DNA from: an uncultured Lachnospiraceae bacterium
GTDB lineage: Bacteria; Bacillota; Clostridia; Lachnospirales; Lachnospiraceae
Length of the DNA stretch: 64,000 nt
NCBI GenBank assembly: GCA_947630855.1
Contig: CANRJF010000002.1
Location: 1,112 to 65,111 of the forward strand
Reading direction: 5' to 3'
The number at the start of each line of letters is the position of its first letter. The stretch's first letter is position 1. Below are positions 1 through 7,932 of this stretch, piece after piece. A program made the translations under genes and the position numbers. The notes beneath the pieces are model-generated. The model saw only the letters and a program-made list of their open reading frames with translations, had not been told where the DNA came from and did no database searches.

Positions 1-1147
1 GTTCATTTTTCACCATGGAAAAAACCTGCTCCCCAAACTCACTGTTAAATTCCTTAAGATGCTGCTCCTGCAGCCGTACCAGTTTTTCAGGGAAAACCTT
101 ATCTATCTGTGTCCAAAGCTGCCCTACTTTCTCCATCTCTGCCTGATTTATATAAGAAATCATTTCTTCCCTGCTGCTTTTCCACATTACAAACTGCCTG
201 TCTGTCCCCTCCGAATATACAATCTGACGATAAAACAGCCCAAATTCCTTCCTGTCAAGCATATCGGCGGCAGCGGCAAGCTTCTCACCTTCGGAATATC
301 CCGGAATAAGCTTAAAAATCTGCCTGATACCGATTTCTTCCTTTTTCCATTTTACTTTTGCGTTCTTTTTCTTTAAATACTTTTCCCTGGCAAATTTTTT
401 TAACTTATTCTTTTTCCCTTTTTCCCAGGAATCGGATATTCCCACCTTTATGGCAAGCGATCTGCATAGAGCCGTTTCCTTTTCCAGCCGCCCCAAAATC
501 TGCTGGCACTGGATTTTGCTGCATGTTTTCAGCCAGGCGGCAAGCCTGCTCTTTTCCTGCCAGATGGAACTTTCCCTTAGAATCCCATACTCCGTCTCTG
601 ACAAAGAAGCAAACAATTCCTTTTCTAACGTCCGTGACATCTTAAGGGAATGTTCCTCAAGACGTTCTTTTATCTGGACAGAGAAAAGAGAGAGCAGACG
701 AAGCCTCTCCCATTGCTTTTCAATGACCTGATGCTCTTCCTGCCAGTCTCTGTAACGCCTGTTATCCCACTCCTCCTGTTCCAGGACTGCTATATATCGG
801 CAAAGCGTCCGGTACATAGCGGGGCTGCTGCTTTTTAACTGTGTGAGATAATATTTTTCCGTCCGCCGTAAGCTTTTGTCCATCCGTTTTATTCCAAAAG
901 CCAATGAGGACGGATATTGCTCCACCCCCATCTGCATCATCCTGTTTTTAAGCACAAGGCTGATTAGAAGCCGAACCTGTTTCGTCTGTTCCGCTTCCTG
1001 CCCTGCCGTTTCGTTTCGATAAACAAGCTGGATATTCCCATATACCGATGAAGATACCGGAACGTATTTATCCCACAATCTCTGCAGCATATCCTGCCCG
1101 ATATGAAGATTTATTTTCAGTGAAATGGGTTCCCGTAACTTTAACAT
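1..1147 (-). CDS. hypothetical Lys/Glu-rich protein of the contractile-tail cluster (N-terminal 382 codons; continues past window start)
   Basis: Hand translation of the minus strand from the ATG at 1147 (1-nt gap after the tube-2 stop) stays open to coordinate 1 (MLKLREPISLKINLHIGQDMLQRLWDKYV...). It is missing from the ORF track because it has no stop in the window. The plus-strand ORFs at 59-838 are antisense shadows of it. Confidence 0.55.
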   Translation of the reverse strand, partial: MLKLREPISLKINLHIGQDMLQRLWDKYVPVSSSVYGNIQLVYRNETAGQEAEQTKQVRLLISLVLKNRMMQMGVEQYPSSLAFGIKRMDKSLRRTEKYYLTQLKSSSPAMYRTLCRYIAVLEQEEWDNRRYRDWQEEHQVIEKQWERLRLLSLFSVQIKERLEEHSLKMSRTLEKELFASLSETEYGILRESSIWQEKSRLAAWLKTCSKIQCQQILGRLEKETALCRSLAIKVGISDSWEKGKKNKLKKFAREKYLKKKNAKVKWKKEEIGIRQIFKLIPGYSEGEKLAAAADMLDRKEFGLFYRQIVYSEGTDRQFVMWKSSREEMISYINQAEMEKVGQLWTQIDKVFPEKLVRLQEQHLKEFNSEFGEQVFSMVKNE

Positions 1148-1148
1148 C

Positions 1149-1607
1149 TTATAATCCCACCTTATTAATTGTCTCTGACAATCCGTTGTGTGAAATTTCC
1201 ACTTTCTTAATCAGCAATCCGCTGCTTTGCGCATCCAGCGTGTCAATCTCCCATTTCGTAACGATGCCCCAGTCCGCCTGGTATGTTGCAGTAGGAACAA
1301 AACCTGAATCTGGCATAACCATAATAACAATACCCATTTTCAGTTCATACCCGGCTGTTAAAGTGGTACGCAAAATTTCCCCGCTGGCAATGCCGTATTC
1401 CAAAATCAGCTTGTCCATGGACTGCCTTGGCTTTGGCAGGTAATGAACCCGGTCATTTACTCCGCCCTCAACCACAGACTCAAATTCCATCGTGGCAGAT
1501 ATATTGGATACTTTGGAAAACCCTAAAGGCATGCCGTCCAATATTACCTTAAAATTTGTATGTTTTGCAAGATTATCCTGCGATGACATCTGCTTCACCT
1601 CTGCCAT
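1149..1607 (-). CDS. contractile-tail tube protein, second paralogue (gp19 / Afp5-like)
   Basis: 152 aa. Its size and pattern (KVILDGMPLGFSKVSNISATMEFESVVEGG...WEIDTLDA) match the T4 gp19/TIGR02241-type tube family. It is co-oriented with the sheath gene. Confidence 0.8.
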   Translation of the reverse strand: MAEVKQMSSQDNLAKHTNFKVILDGMPLGFSKVSNISATMEFESVVEGGVNDRVHYLPKPRQSMDKLILEYGIASGEILRTTLTAGYELKMGIVIMVMPDSGFVPTATYQADWGIVTKWEIDTLDAQSSGLLIKKVEISHNGLSETINKVGL

Positions 1608-1630
1608 ATTTTCCGCAAAAATTTTTCCGC

Positions 1631-1864
1631 CTATATTTTAAAAATATCTTTTTTCGGCTGTTCATTGCTTACTTTTCTGTTAATTTCCGAAATTTCTTCA
1701 CACCAACGAAGCCGTTCCCTGTGTGTAAGGTTCAAAACATCATCCCGGCTCCAATGCACATAATAGGCGATAAACGCCGCCTCTTCATAAATTCTGTCTG
1801 CCGGATACACATTTACTGCCCGGCTTCCATAAAATTTATGGGTACCGTAATTTCCTCTCCGCAA
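1631..1864 (-). CDS. hypothetical; -1 frame extension ORF overlapping the chaperone-like gene
   Basis: 77-aa ORF whose frame is -1 relative to 1813..2181 and overlaps it by 52 nt. It has no ATG (the track start is TTG). Confidence 0.45.
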   Translation of the reverse strand: MRRGNYGTHKFYGSRAVNVYPADRIYEEAAFIAYYVHWSRDDVLNLTHRERLRWCEEISEINRKVSNEQPKKDIFKI

Positions 1865-2181
1865 TGAGGGCAGACCGTGCGGTATACAGGCACCTCTGCC
1901 TGGTTCACCCTTTCATACAGGTCCTGAAGATATGCCAAATCCGCCGTATACAATCCCTCGATTACTTTTGTATCCACTGTTGGGAGGGTTCCCAGGCTTG
2001 TAATTACCCGGGAAAGCAGAATAACCACAAGATAACCCGGATTCTGCTGCACTCTTGGATCCCGCAGAGGTATAATCTCATCTGCTGCCGTTGCCAGACG
2101 CATCTTCCCTTCTCTGTGGAGATTTCCGTCCCTGTCCATAAAGCCTTTCGGCAAAACAAAAGGAAATTCTGTCTCAAACAT
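1813..2181 (-). CDS. tail-assembly-chaperone-like small protein (one CxxC near the C-terminus)
   Basis: 122 aa. It lies between the tube genes, where myophage tail operons place their G/GT-type chaperone. Contains CPHCGEE. Function is inferred from position only. Confidence 0.45.
   Translation of the reverse strand: MFETEFPFVLPKGFMDRDGNLHREGKMRLATAADEIIPLRDPRVQQNPGYLVVILLSRVITSLGTLPTVDTKVIEGLYTADLAYLQDLYERVNQAEVPVYRTVCPHCGEEITVPINFMEAGQ
1831..1837 (-). other. candidate -1 programmed frameshift heptamer A_AAU_UUU
   Basis: The minus-sense sequence ata aat ttt atg places AAAUUUU in X_XXY_YYZ register of ORF 1813..2181, five codons before its stop. The -1 frame continues into ORF 1631..1864. 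A GCCGG...CCGGC hairpin (1800-1824) starts 6 nt downstream. Confidence 0.4.
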
Positions 2182-2293
2182 TTCTTTTTACCTTTTCTTT
2201 CCTGTCTGCCCCGGACTATTTAGTACCCGTGAGCCAAATTTGTATACTCTTTAGTATAAACTGCCCGGAGCATAATTTTTATTTTATTTTAAA

Positions 2294-2719
2294 TTATGAA
2301 ACTCTGGTCATTCCCTCATGGGCAATTTCAAGGGATTCAATGGCAACCTCAGACGATGTGGCATTGAAATCCGGCGCTGTATATTTTGCAGGCCATGCAT
2401 TGATTACCTGCCAGGAGGCAGTGGCGGTTTCTGTTTCATCTAAAATCGTAATCGTAATTGTCTTACGCTGTACCTCCCCTTCCACACCTGCGATCATCCA
2501 TTCATACATTACCATAGAATCTGCAACGCCTTGCTTTAACGTGATATTTCCGTACTTTTTCAAGCCAGGAAGTTTCATCGGCGTCTGTACCATATCGCCC
2601 TCACGGTACTCAATGACATCAATTGATGCGTCAAACCCGGATGCCTCGGAAAAACCTCCAGCCTCCAGACCGTCTATTTCTACCTTATACCTAAACTTTC
2701 CATATGGAGTACTTGCCAT
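2294..2719 (-). CDS. contractile-tail tube protein (gp19 / Afp1-like)
   Basis: 141 aa. KFRYKVEIDGLEAGGFSEASGFDASIDVIEYREG is the classic N-terminus of TIGR02241-type tube proteins. The gene lies directly downstream of the sheath gene. Confidence 0.9.
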   Translation of the reverse strand: MASTPYGKFRYKVEIDGLEAGGFSEASGFDASIDVIEYREGDMVQTPMKLPGLKKYGNITLKQGVADSMVMYEWMIAGVEGEVQRKTITITILDETETATASWQVINAWPAKYTAPDFNATSSEVAIESLEIAHEGMTRVS

Positions 2720-2872
2720 TTCCTCACAACGCTCCTTTCTGAGTATTTATACCAGCGAATGAAATTAACTGCCGTTTCCAATTTTTCACCGCGGTATCGC
2801 AGTTACACTAAACATCTGCCCGGGGCAAATATTAAGTGTAACCAGTATATTTCATGTTTTTCATGTTAATCC

Positions 2873-4609
2873 TTATACGGAATCCCCTGTCTTCTGTGAA
2901 ATCCTAAAGATTACAAATTCAGCAGGTTTTACCGGTGCAATGCCAATGACGCAGACAAGCCTTCCATTGTCAATATCGTCCTGGCTCATAGTATTTCTGC
3001 CGCAATTGACAAAAAATGACTCGGAGGGCGCAGAACCTGCAAGCGCCCCTGACCTCCAAAGCCCTGTCAGGAATACGTCTATTGTACGTTTCACACGCAC
3101 CCACAAAACTTCATCGTTGGGCTCAAATACTGCCCAGTTTGTATTTGCCTTAATGCTTTCTTCAATAAAAATAAACAGGCGGCGTACATTGATGTATTTC
3201 CAGCTTCCGTCGCTGCTGGCTGTTCTTGCTCCCCAGACACGGATTCCCTGTCCCGGGAAGGAACGGATTAAATTGACCCCTTTGGGGTTTAAAATATCCT
3301 GCTCTCCTTTATTGAACTGGCAGTCCAGCCCGACACACGCCCGTACCGTTTCATTTGCCGGAGCCTTATGTACCCCTCTTGAAGTGTCGCTGCGGGCATA
3401 TATTCCAATCACGGAGCCGGAGGGCGGAATTGCCATGTTCTTCTTATCCAATGGGTCAAAAACCTCTAACCAGGGATGATACATAGCCGCATAGCTGCTG
3501 TCCACGATTTCCCTGTGTGCAATAATATCATCCATCTTTTTTGCATCTCTGGGCATATCCAGTACAGCAAACCGGCTGGCAAGATTTTCACAATGTGCAA
3601 CCAGCATTAACTGAACATTAGGGTCCACAACCCCCGGAACCGCCATAATGGAAACACTGTCGTTATCCAAAAACGCCTGAATACCCGTTCGTTTTCCTGC
3701 ACCCTTATCTACCCCGATAAAATCTGCGGCAGTGATTTTTGCTACGGAACCATTGCTCCCGCCTTTTAAAGAAATGACACAAAATGCTTTTTCCGGATCC
3801 TCCCCGGCAATCTCGTCGAAAGGCGCCACTGCCTCAGTCTTTGGAGTTCCCACATATTTTACTTCAATCAAATCTGATTTTGCCGTCTTCTTCTCTACAT
3901 AATTGGGAATACCCACATTAAATGACAAATTCTCATAAAATTCTACGATATCGTCATATTTTACTTCCAAATTAAATTCACAGGTAGATATTACTTTTGA
4001 CGGCAGCAGATTCTTGTCTACAACATCCTGCTCAAATTCCTTTTCAAAAACAATAATATTATCCTGGCTCTTAACGACACGGTTATATACCACATTTGCC
4101 ACATCTCTGTATACAACCACATCCCCCACATTAAAGCCCACCGAGCTTTTCACCGAATACTGTTTGCCGTCCGCTGTCACAAGCTCCTCTAAAATCTGCG
4201 TCTTTGCCTTGCTTGACGGCGTTACAACAATACTCATGCTGTTCCCCCACATACCGGGGTTCTTTGCATTAATCAAAAGTACCGGATCCTGCGCCGGAGT
4301 CCTTGCCTGTGCCGCCTTTGCATCATTTGGCGCAACACGTGAGATAAAACAGCGGGACCCGCCGTTTACAAAAAAATGTTCTACCGCATAGGATAAAAAA
4401 CGATATTCTCCAAACTCGTTTTCAGAAAGATACCCGCCAAACTTCCTCTTAAAATCCGCAAAATTAGTAACAAGCTGCGGCACTCCCTCCGCCGGCCCCC
4501 TCTCCGCAAGGCCGATAAATCCGGCTGTACTTGTGCCAACGCCTTCCATTGGCTTTCCGCCTGAATCAAATTCCTCTACATATACGCCTGGTGATAAATA
4601 TTCAGCCAT
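2873..4609 (-). CDS. contractile-tail sheath protein
   Basis: 578 aa. The N-terminal MAEYLSPGVYVEEFDSG and the C-terminal INVRRLFIFIEESI...VFEPND blocks are typical of phage/eCIS sheath proteins. Confidence 0.95.
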   Translation of the reverse strand: MAEYLSPGVYVEEFDSGGKPMEGVGTSTAGFIGLAERGPAEGVPQLVTNFADFKRKFGGYLSENEFGEYRFLSYAVEHFFVNGGSRCFISRVAPNDAKAAQARTPAQDPVLLINAKNPGMWGNSMSIVVTPSSKAKTQILEELVTADGKQYSVKSSVGFNVGDVVVYRDVANVVYNRVVKSQDNIIVFEKEFEQDVVDKNLLPSKVISTCEFNLEVKYDDIVEFYENLSFNVGIPNYVEKKTAKSDLIEVKYVGTPKTEAVAPFDEIAGEDPEKAFCVISLKGGSNGSVAKITAADFIGVDKGAGKRTGIQAFLDNDSVSIMAVPGVVDPNVQLMLVAHCENLASRFAVLDMPRDAKKMDDIIAHREIVDSSYAAMYHPWLEVFDPLDKKNMAIPPSGSVIGIYARSDTSRGVHKAPANETVRACVGLDCQFNKGEQDILNPKGVNLIRSFPGQGIRVWGARTASSDGSWKYINVRRLFIFIEESIKANTNWAVFEPNDEVLWVRVKRTIDVFLTGLWRSGALAGSAPSESFFVNCGRNTMSQDDIDNGRLVCVIGIAPVKPAEFVIFRISQKTGDSV

Positions 4610-4920
4610 AATCTCCCAGCACCAACAGCATTATGCCGCTAATGCCGACTACCTCCTTTCTATTCCCTTAATTTTTTTATCTGTTTGGCACCTTCACAGA
4701 TACGATGCAAAAATGCATGAAAATCGCTTCGCGATGGCATTTTTGCACACCTGAATCATGTTCTTACGCCTCAAACAGCAAGTGTTTGAGGCTGTGCTGA
4801 ACAGTTACAATTTTCTTCATTATAAAATCCGCCTCTAAACAAAATTCTAAACAATTCTACATATTTTTTATTTTTTATGGAAACAATCTGTTCCTAAAAA
4901 ATGCAATTCATGTAAAATAC

Positions 4921-4949
4921 TTGTCATTTTTTAATTTATTTTCTATAAT
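4921..4949 (+). promoter_or_regulatory. sigma-A type promoter for the regulator gene
   Basis: TTGTCA (4921-4926), a 17-nt spacer, then TATAAT (4944-4949), about 88 nt upstream of the ATG at 5037. Confidence 0.5.
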
Positions 4950-5036
4950 AAAAACACGTCATGGCACCAAAGAACGATGCTTTTGAAAAGCGCTCTGAAA
5001 TGCGCTCTAAAAAGATGTACGTAAGGACAGGAAAAA

Positions 5037-7352
5037 ATGAAGAACGAAAACAGCAAAATTCAAATACCCAACGTGGACAGCGGTTATACGCCACGGTCAG
5101 CAGACAGCCTTCTTTCTTCTACGGAGGCGGATATCGTTCTGCTTACCGCCGGCGCCGGTTATGGCAAGACACAGATGCTTGCCAATTACGTACATCATTT
5201 TCCCGGGAAAAGCGCCTGGTACAGCATGAGCGATACAGACAATGACCTGATATCTTTTATTCAGAATTTTACAAATTCCGTTCAGAATGCCATGAAAAAC
5301 TGCTGTGACAGCTTCCGTATTTCTGTACCCCTCCCCGAAAATATTGATATTTTAATGGAACAATTGGTTGTATGGCTGGATGCGCGGATAGACTTCCTGA
5401 ATGTTGTTTTTGATGATTTTCAGGAAATCAGCAATCCTGATATCTTTAACCTTTTGGATATCCTAATCGAAACAATGGATAAAAAAATCCGCTTATTTAT
5501 CGTGGAAAAACGTTCCCTCCCCTGCTTTTTTGACAAGTATACCAATACCGGACGTGCAGTCTGTATCGGAATGGAGGAATTGAAGTTTCAGCCGGAGGAG
5601 ATTGCAATACTTTTGAAAGATATGGGGGAAAATGCAGGACAATGGGCGCAATTGATTTTTAACTGCACGGAAGGCTGGCCTGTGGGCATTGCCCAGATTA
5701 TGCTTCAACTGCGGCAGCAGAAGAATACCACCATTGACATCCTAAAGGATATCTGCGACAATCTGGATATTTCTGACTATTTTATGACACGGGTATATAA
5801 AATGCTTCCCTTTGACATCCAGACATTTCTGAAAAAAACAGCCGTCCTGGACTATATGACGCCCGCTATCTGCAACAAAATAACGGGAATCTACAATTCA
5901 GACAGTATGCTGCGTTACCTTGTAAATGAAAGGCTTTTTGTCCAGACTTTGGGCGAATCCAGCAGCCTCTACCGCTATCACTCTGTTTTCCAGCGTTTTT
6001 TATTGTCTCAGACAAGCCTGGAGGATCAGCAGGATATCCTTCGGACTGTTTCATATTTTCTTTTACAGACAAATGATAAAATTCAGGCGGCAGAATATGC
6101 CTGCCGGGGGAAAGCCGCCGATATTGTGCAGGCGGTCATTGAAGTTTCCGGCGATTCCATGTTAGAAGACCGGCTTTACGGCACTCTGGAACGCTGGTTT
6201 ACATTTCTTAATACAGAACATTGTGAACTGACATCAAAGGCAAGATTCATTTACGGAAAATACTTAATGATTCTGGGACACACCCCGGAGGCAAACCAGC
6301 AGATTGAGCAGGCAGGAAAAGATTTCTATAAAGAGGGACGGTTACAGGAGTACAAAAAAGTCCTGCTGTTTTTGGCGGCAGCAAAGCGAAGAGCGGGAGA
6401 GCTTAAACAGGCCGAAATGTTTTTAGCGCAGGCCGAAGCGTACCCGGAACCCTTCTGGAATGAAACTGCACAGGCAGTCTGCGCAGAACAGGTAAAGATA
6501 AAATGCTGCCTCCAGCAGTTACAGGATGCCGCACAGCTTCTCTTGACGCAAATCAATAAGGGCGTTCAATTTCAGAAAAACAGCTTTCTGTGGGCTGCCC
6601 TGCAGGTTCTTAACGCGCTGAACCAACAGCCGCAGCCTTCCTTTACGGTAGAAGATATCCACCTTTCAAATATTTCAGAAGGATTTCTTTTGCGAAACTG
6701 CATTCTCGCTGAGCAGATGAAAACCGCATACCATTCTGCCGATTACCAGACTGTCCGGCAGATAGCCAAAGAAATTATCCAAAACTCCTCCTATAAAACA
6801 TTACAGACAGCCGCTTCCTGGGAAATTCTTGCCGTTTTATCCTGGAATGACGGGGATTATCGAAAAGCTATGGAACAGTCCCGGACGGGAAGCGCTTTTT
6901 TATTCAAAAATCAAATATGGAATTTAAACTTTACCTTAAATCATCAACAGATTCTGAATGAAATCCATTCCATCCAAAGAAATGCCGCCGATACACGTTA
7001 CCTTATAGCGCCGAAAAAGCAGGTTGTAATTCCTGAAACAAAAAAAACCGGAAAAATCAAGGTTCAATGTCTGGATTGTTTCCTCGTATTTCTCCCTGAT
7101 GCCGGGGAATCGGCACTGAAATGGAGAACAAAAAAAGCCCAGGAATTATTTGCCTACCTCTTCCACCTTCAGGGAAACAGCGTCTCCAGGGAAGTATTGA
7201 TTGAACTTTTATGGCCGGAAGCGGGATGCAAAAGCGCCATCGCTTTATTCCACACTACCCTTTACAGCATTCGTCAGGCATTTTTACAGGAGGGGCTGGA
7301 AAATCTGATTTGCTATGAGAAAAAAAATATTCCCTCAATATGCAGCTTGTAG
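5037..7352 (+). CDS. STAND/MalT-like NTPase with TPR region and C-terminal winged-helix (SARP-type) DNA-binding domain; reading frame broken at A8 (7320-7327)
   Basis: Walker A is LTAGAGYGKT and Walker B-like is VVFDDFQEI, followed by a long helical repeat region. The C-terminus ALKWRTKKAQELFAYLFHLQGNSVSREVLIELLWPE resembles an OmpR/SARP wHTH. Confidence 0.75.
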   Translation: MKNENSKIQIPNVDSGYTPRSADSLLSSTEADIVLLTAGAGYGKTQMLANYVHHFPGKSAWYSMSDTDNDLISFIQNFTNSVQNAMKNCCDSFRISVPLPENIDILMEQLVVWLDARIDFLNVVFDDFQEISNPDIFNLLDILIETMDKKIRLFIVEKRSLPCFFDKYTNTGRAVCIGMEELKFQPEEIAILLKDMGENAGQWAQLIFNCTEGWPVGIAQIMLQLRQQKNTTIDILKDICDNLDISDYFMTRVYKMLPFDIQTFLKKTAVLDYMTPAICNKITGIYNSDSMLRYLVNERLFVQTLGESSSLYRYHSVFQRFLLSQTSLEDQQDILRTVSYFLLQTNDKIQAAEYACRGKAADIVQAVIEVSGDSMLEDRLYGTLERWFTFLNTEHCELTSKARFIYGKYLMILGHTPEANQQIEQAGKDFYKEGRLQEYKKVLLFLAAAKRRAGELKQAEMFLAQAEAYPEPFWNETAQAVCAEQVKIKCCLQQLQDAAQLLLTQINKGVQFQKNSFLWAALQVLNALNQQPQPSFTVEDIHLSNISEGFLLRNCILAEQMKTAYHSADYQTVRQIAKEIIQNSSYKTLQTAASWEILAVLSWNDGDYRKAMEQSRTGSAFLFKNQIWNLNFTLNHQQILNEIHSIQRNAADTRYLIAPKKQVVIPETKKTGKIKVQCLDCFLVFLPDAGESALKWRTKKAQELFAYLFHLQGNSVSREVLIELLWPEAGCKSAIALFHTTLYSIRQAFLQEGLENLICYEKKNIPSICSL

Positions 7353-7759
7353 ATTCCGATTTAGAAAAATTAATGGTTTACTTCAAGGATATGAAAGCAT
7401 GCAAAGAGTATCCTGAACAGATTATGCAGCTCTATCCCGGAAGCTACATGGCAGGCAGCGGCTATCTATGGTCCTACGGCTTTGCAAAGGAACTGGAAAA
7501 CCAGTATTTTAAAGTGTTAAAATCCGGTGCAAACAGCAGCGCAGCTAAAAACCAGCCGGAGGCCGCCCTCCCCTTTTATCAGAGGATGCTGGAGGTAGAC
7601 CCCTATAATGAAGATATTGTTTCACAGCTCATCGTCTGTTTATATAAAAGCGGAAGACGTTCCGAGGCAAAACAACAGTACGACCGCATGAGAAAGCTGT
7701 ACCGTGAAGATTTAAAACTGGATTTTACAAAATCTTTCAAGAAAATTATAGAACAGTAA
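7340..7759 (+). CDS. BTAD (bacterial transcriptional activator domain) fragment; C-terminal continuation of the 5037 regulator
   Basis: LVDSDLEKL...ALPFYQRMLEVDPYNEDIVSQLIVCLYKSGRRSEAKQQYDRMRKLYREDL is a typical BTAD. One extra A in the 7320-7327 run joins it in frame to the upstream ORF. Confidence 0.75.
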   Translation: MQLVDSDLEKLMVYFKDMKACKEYPEQIMQLYPGSYMAGSGYLWSYGFAKELENQYFKVLKSGANSSAAKNQPEAALPFYQRMLEVDPYNEDIVSQLIVCLYKSGRRSEAKQQYDRMRKLYREDLKLDFTKSFKKIIEQ

Positions 7760-7915
7760 GGAACTGTCCAGAAATAACTTGTTAATTTGACGCAGTATAA
7801 ATGTTCAGCTACAAAGAAGAAAATCGCAGGCGTAGCGGGCTACGTCAAGATTTTCTGATGCAGCAGCTGGGCATTTAGGCAAGTCAAAGTGATGAGTTCT
7901 TTCTGGACAGTTCCT
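7759..7915. repeat. inverted-repeat-bounded 157-bp element (IRs 7759-7779 / 7895-7915)
   Basis: AGGAACTGTCCAGAAA is a perfect 16-mer IR, extendable to 20/21 matches. The interior carries a nested palindrome AGAAAATC..GCGTAGCGGGCTACGT..GATTTTCT. Confidence 0.7.
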
Positions 7916-7932
7916 AAGACTATGGAGAATGT

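Noticed and set aside
59-838. Several 60-105 aa plus-strand ORFs at the window start
   Set aside because: They lie antisense to a minus-strand frame that I translated by hand and found open for all 382 codons. Their sequences are low-complexity, as expected for shadow ORFs.
4609-4662. Possible 9-codon upstream ORF (MLLVLGDYG) overlapping the sheath start, downstream of an AGGAGG
   Set aside because: The AGGAGG is about 20 nt from that ATG, which is too far for a normal RBS. The peptide is very short and there is no supporting evidence.
4961-5245. 94-aa plus-strand ORF overlapping the regulator start
   Set aside because: It is out of frame with, and mostly inside, the 771-aa regulator ORF. 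It is Arg/Lys-rich and shows no homology signal.
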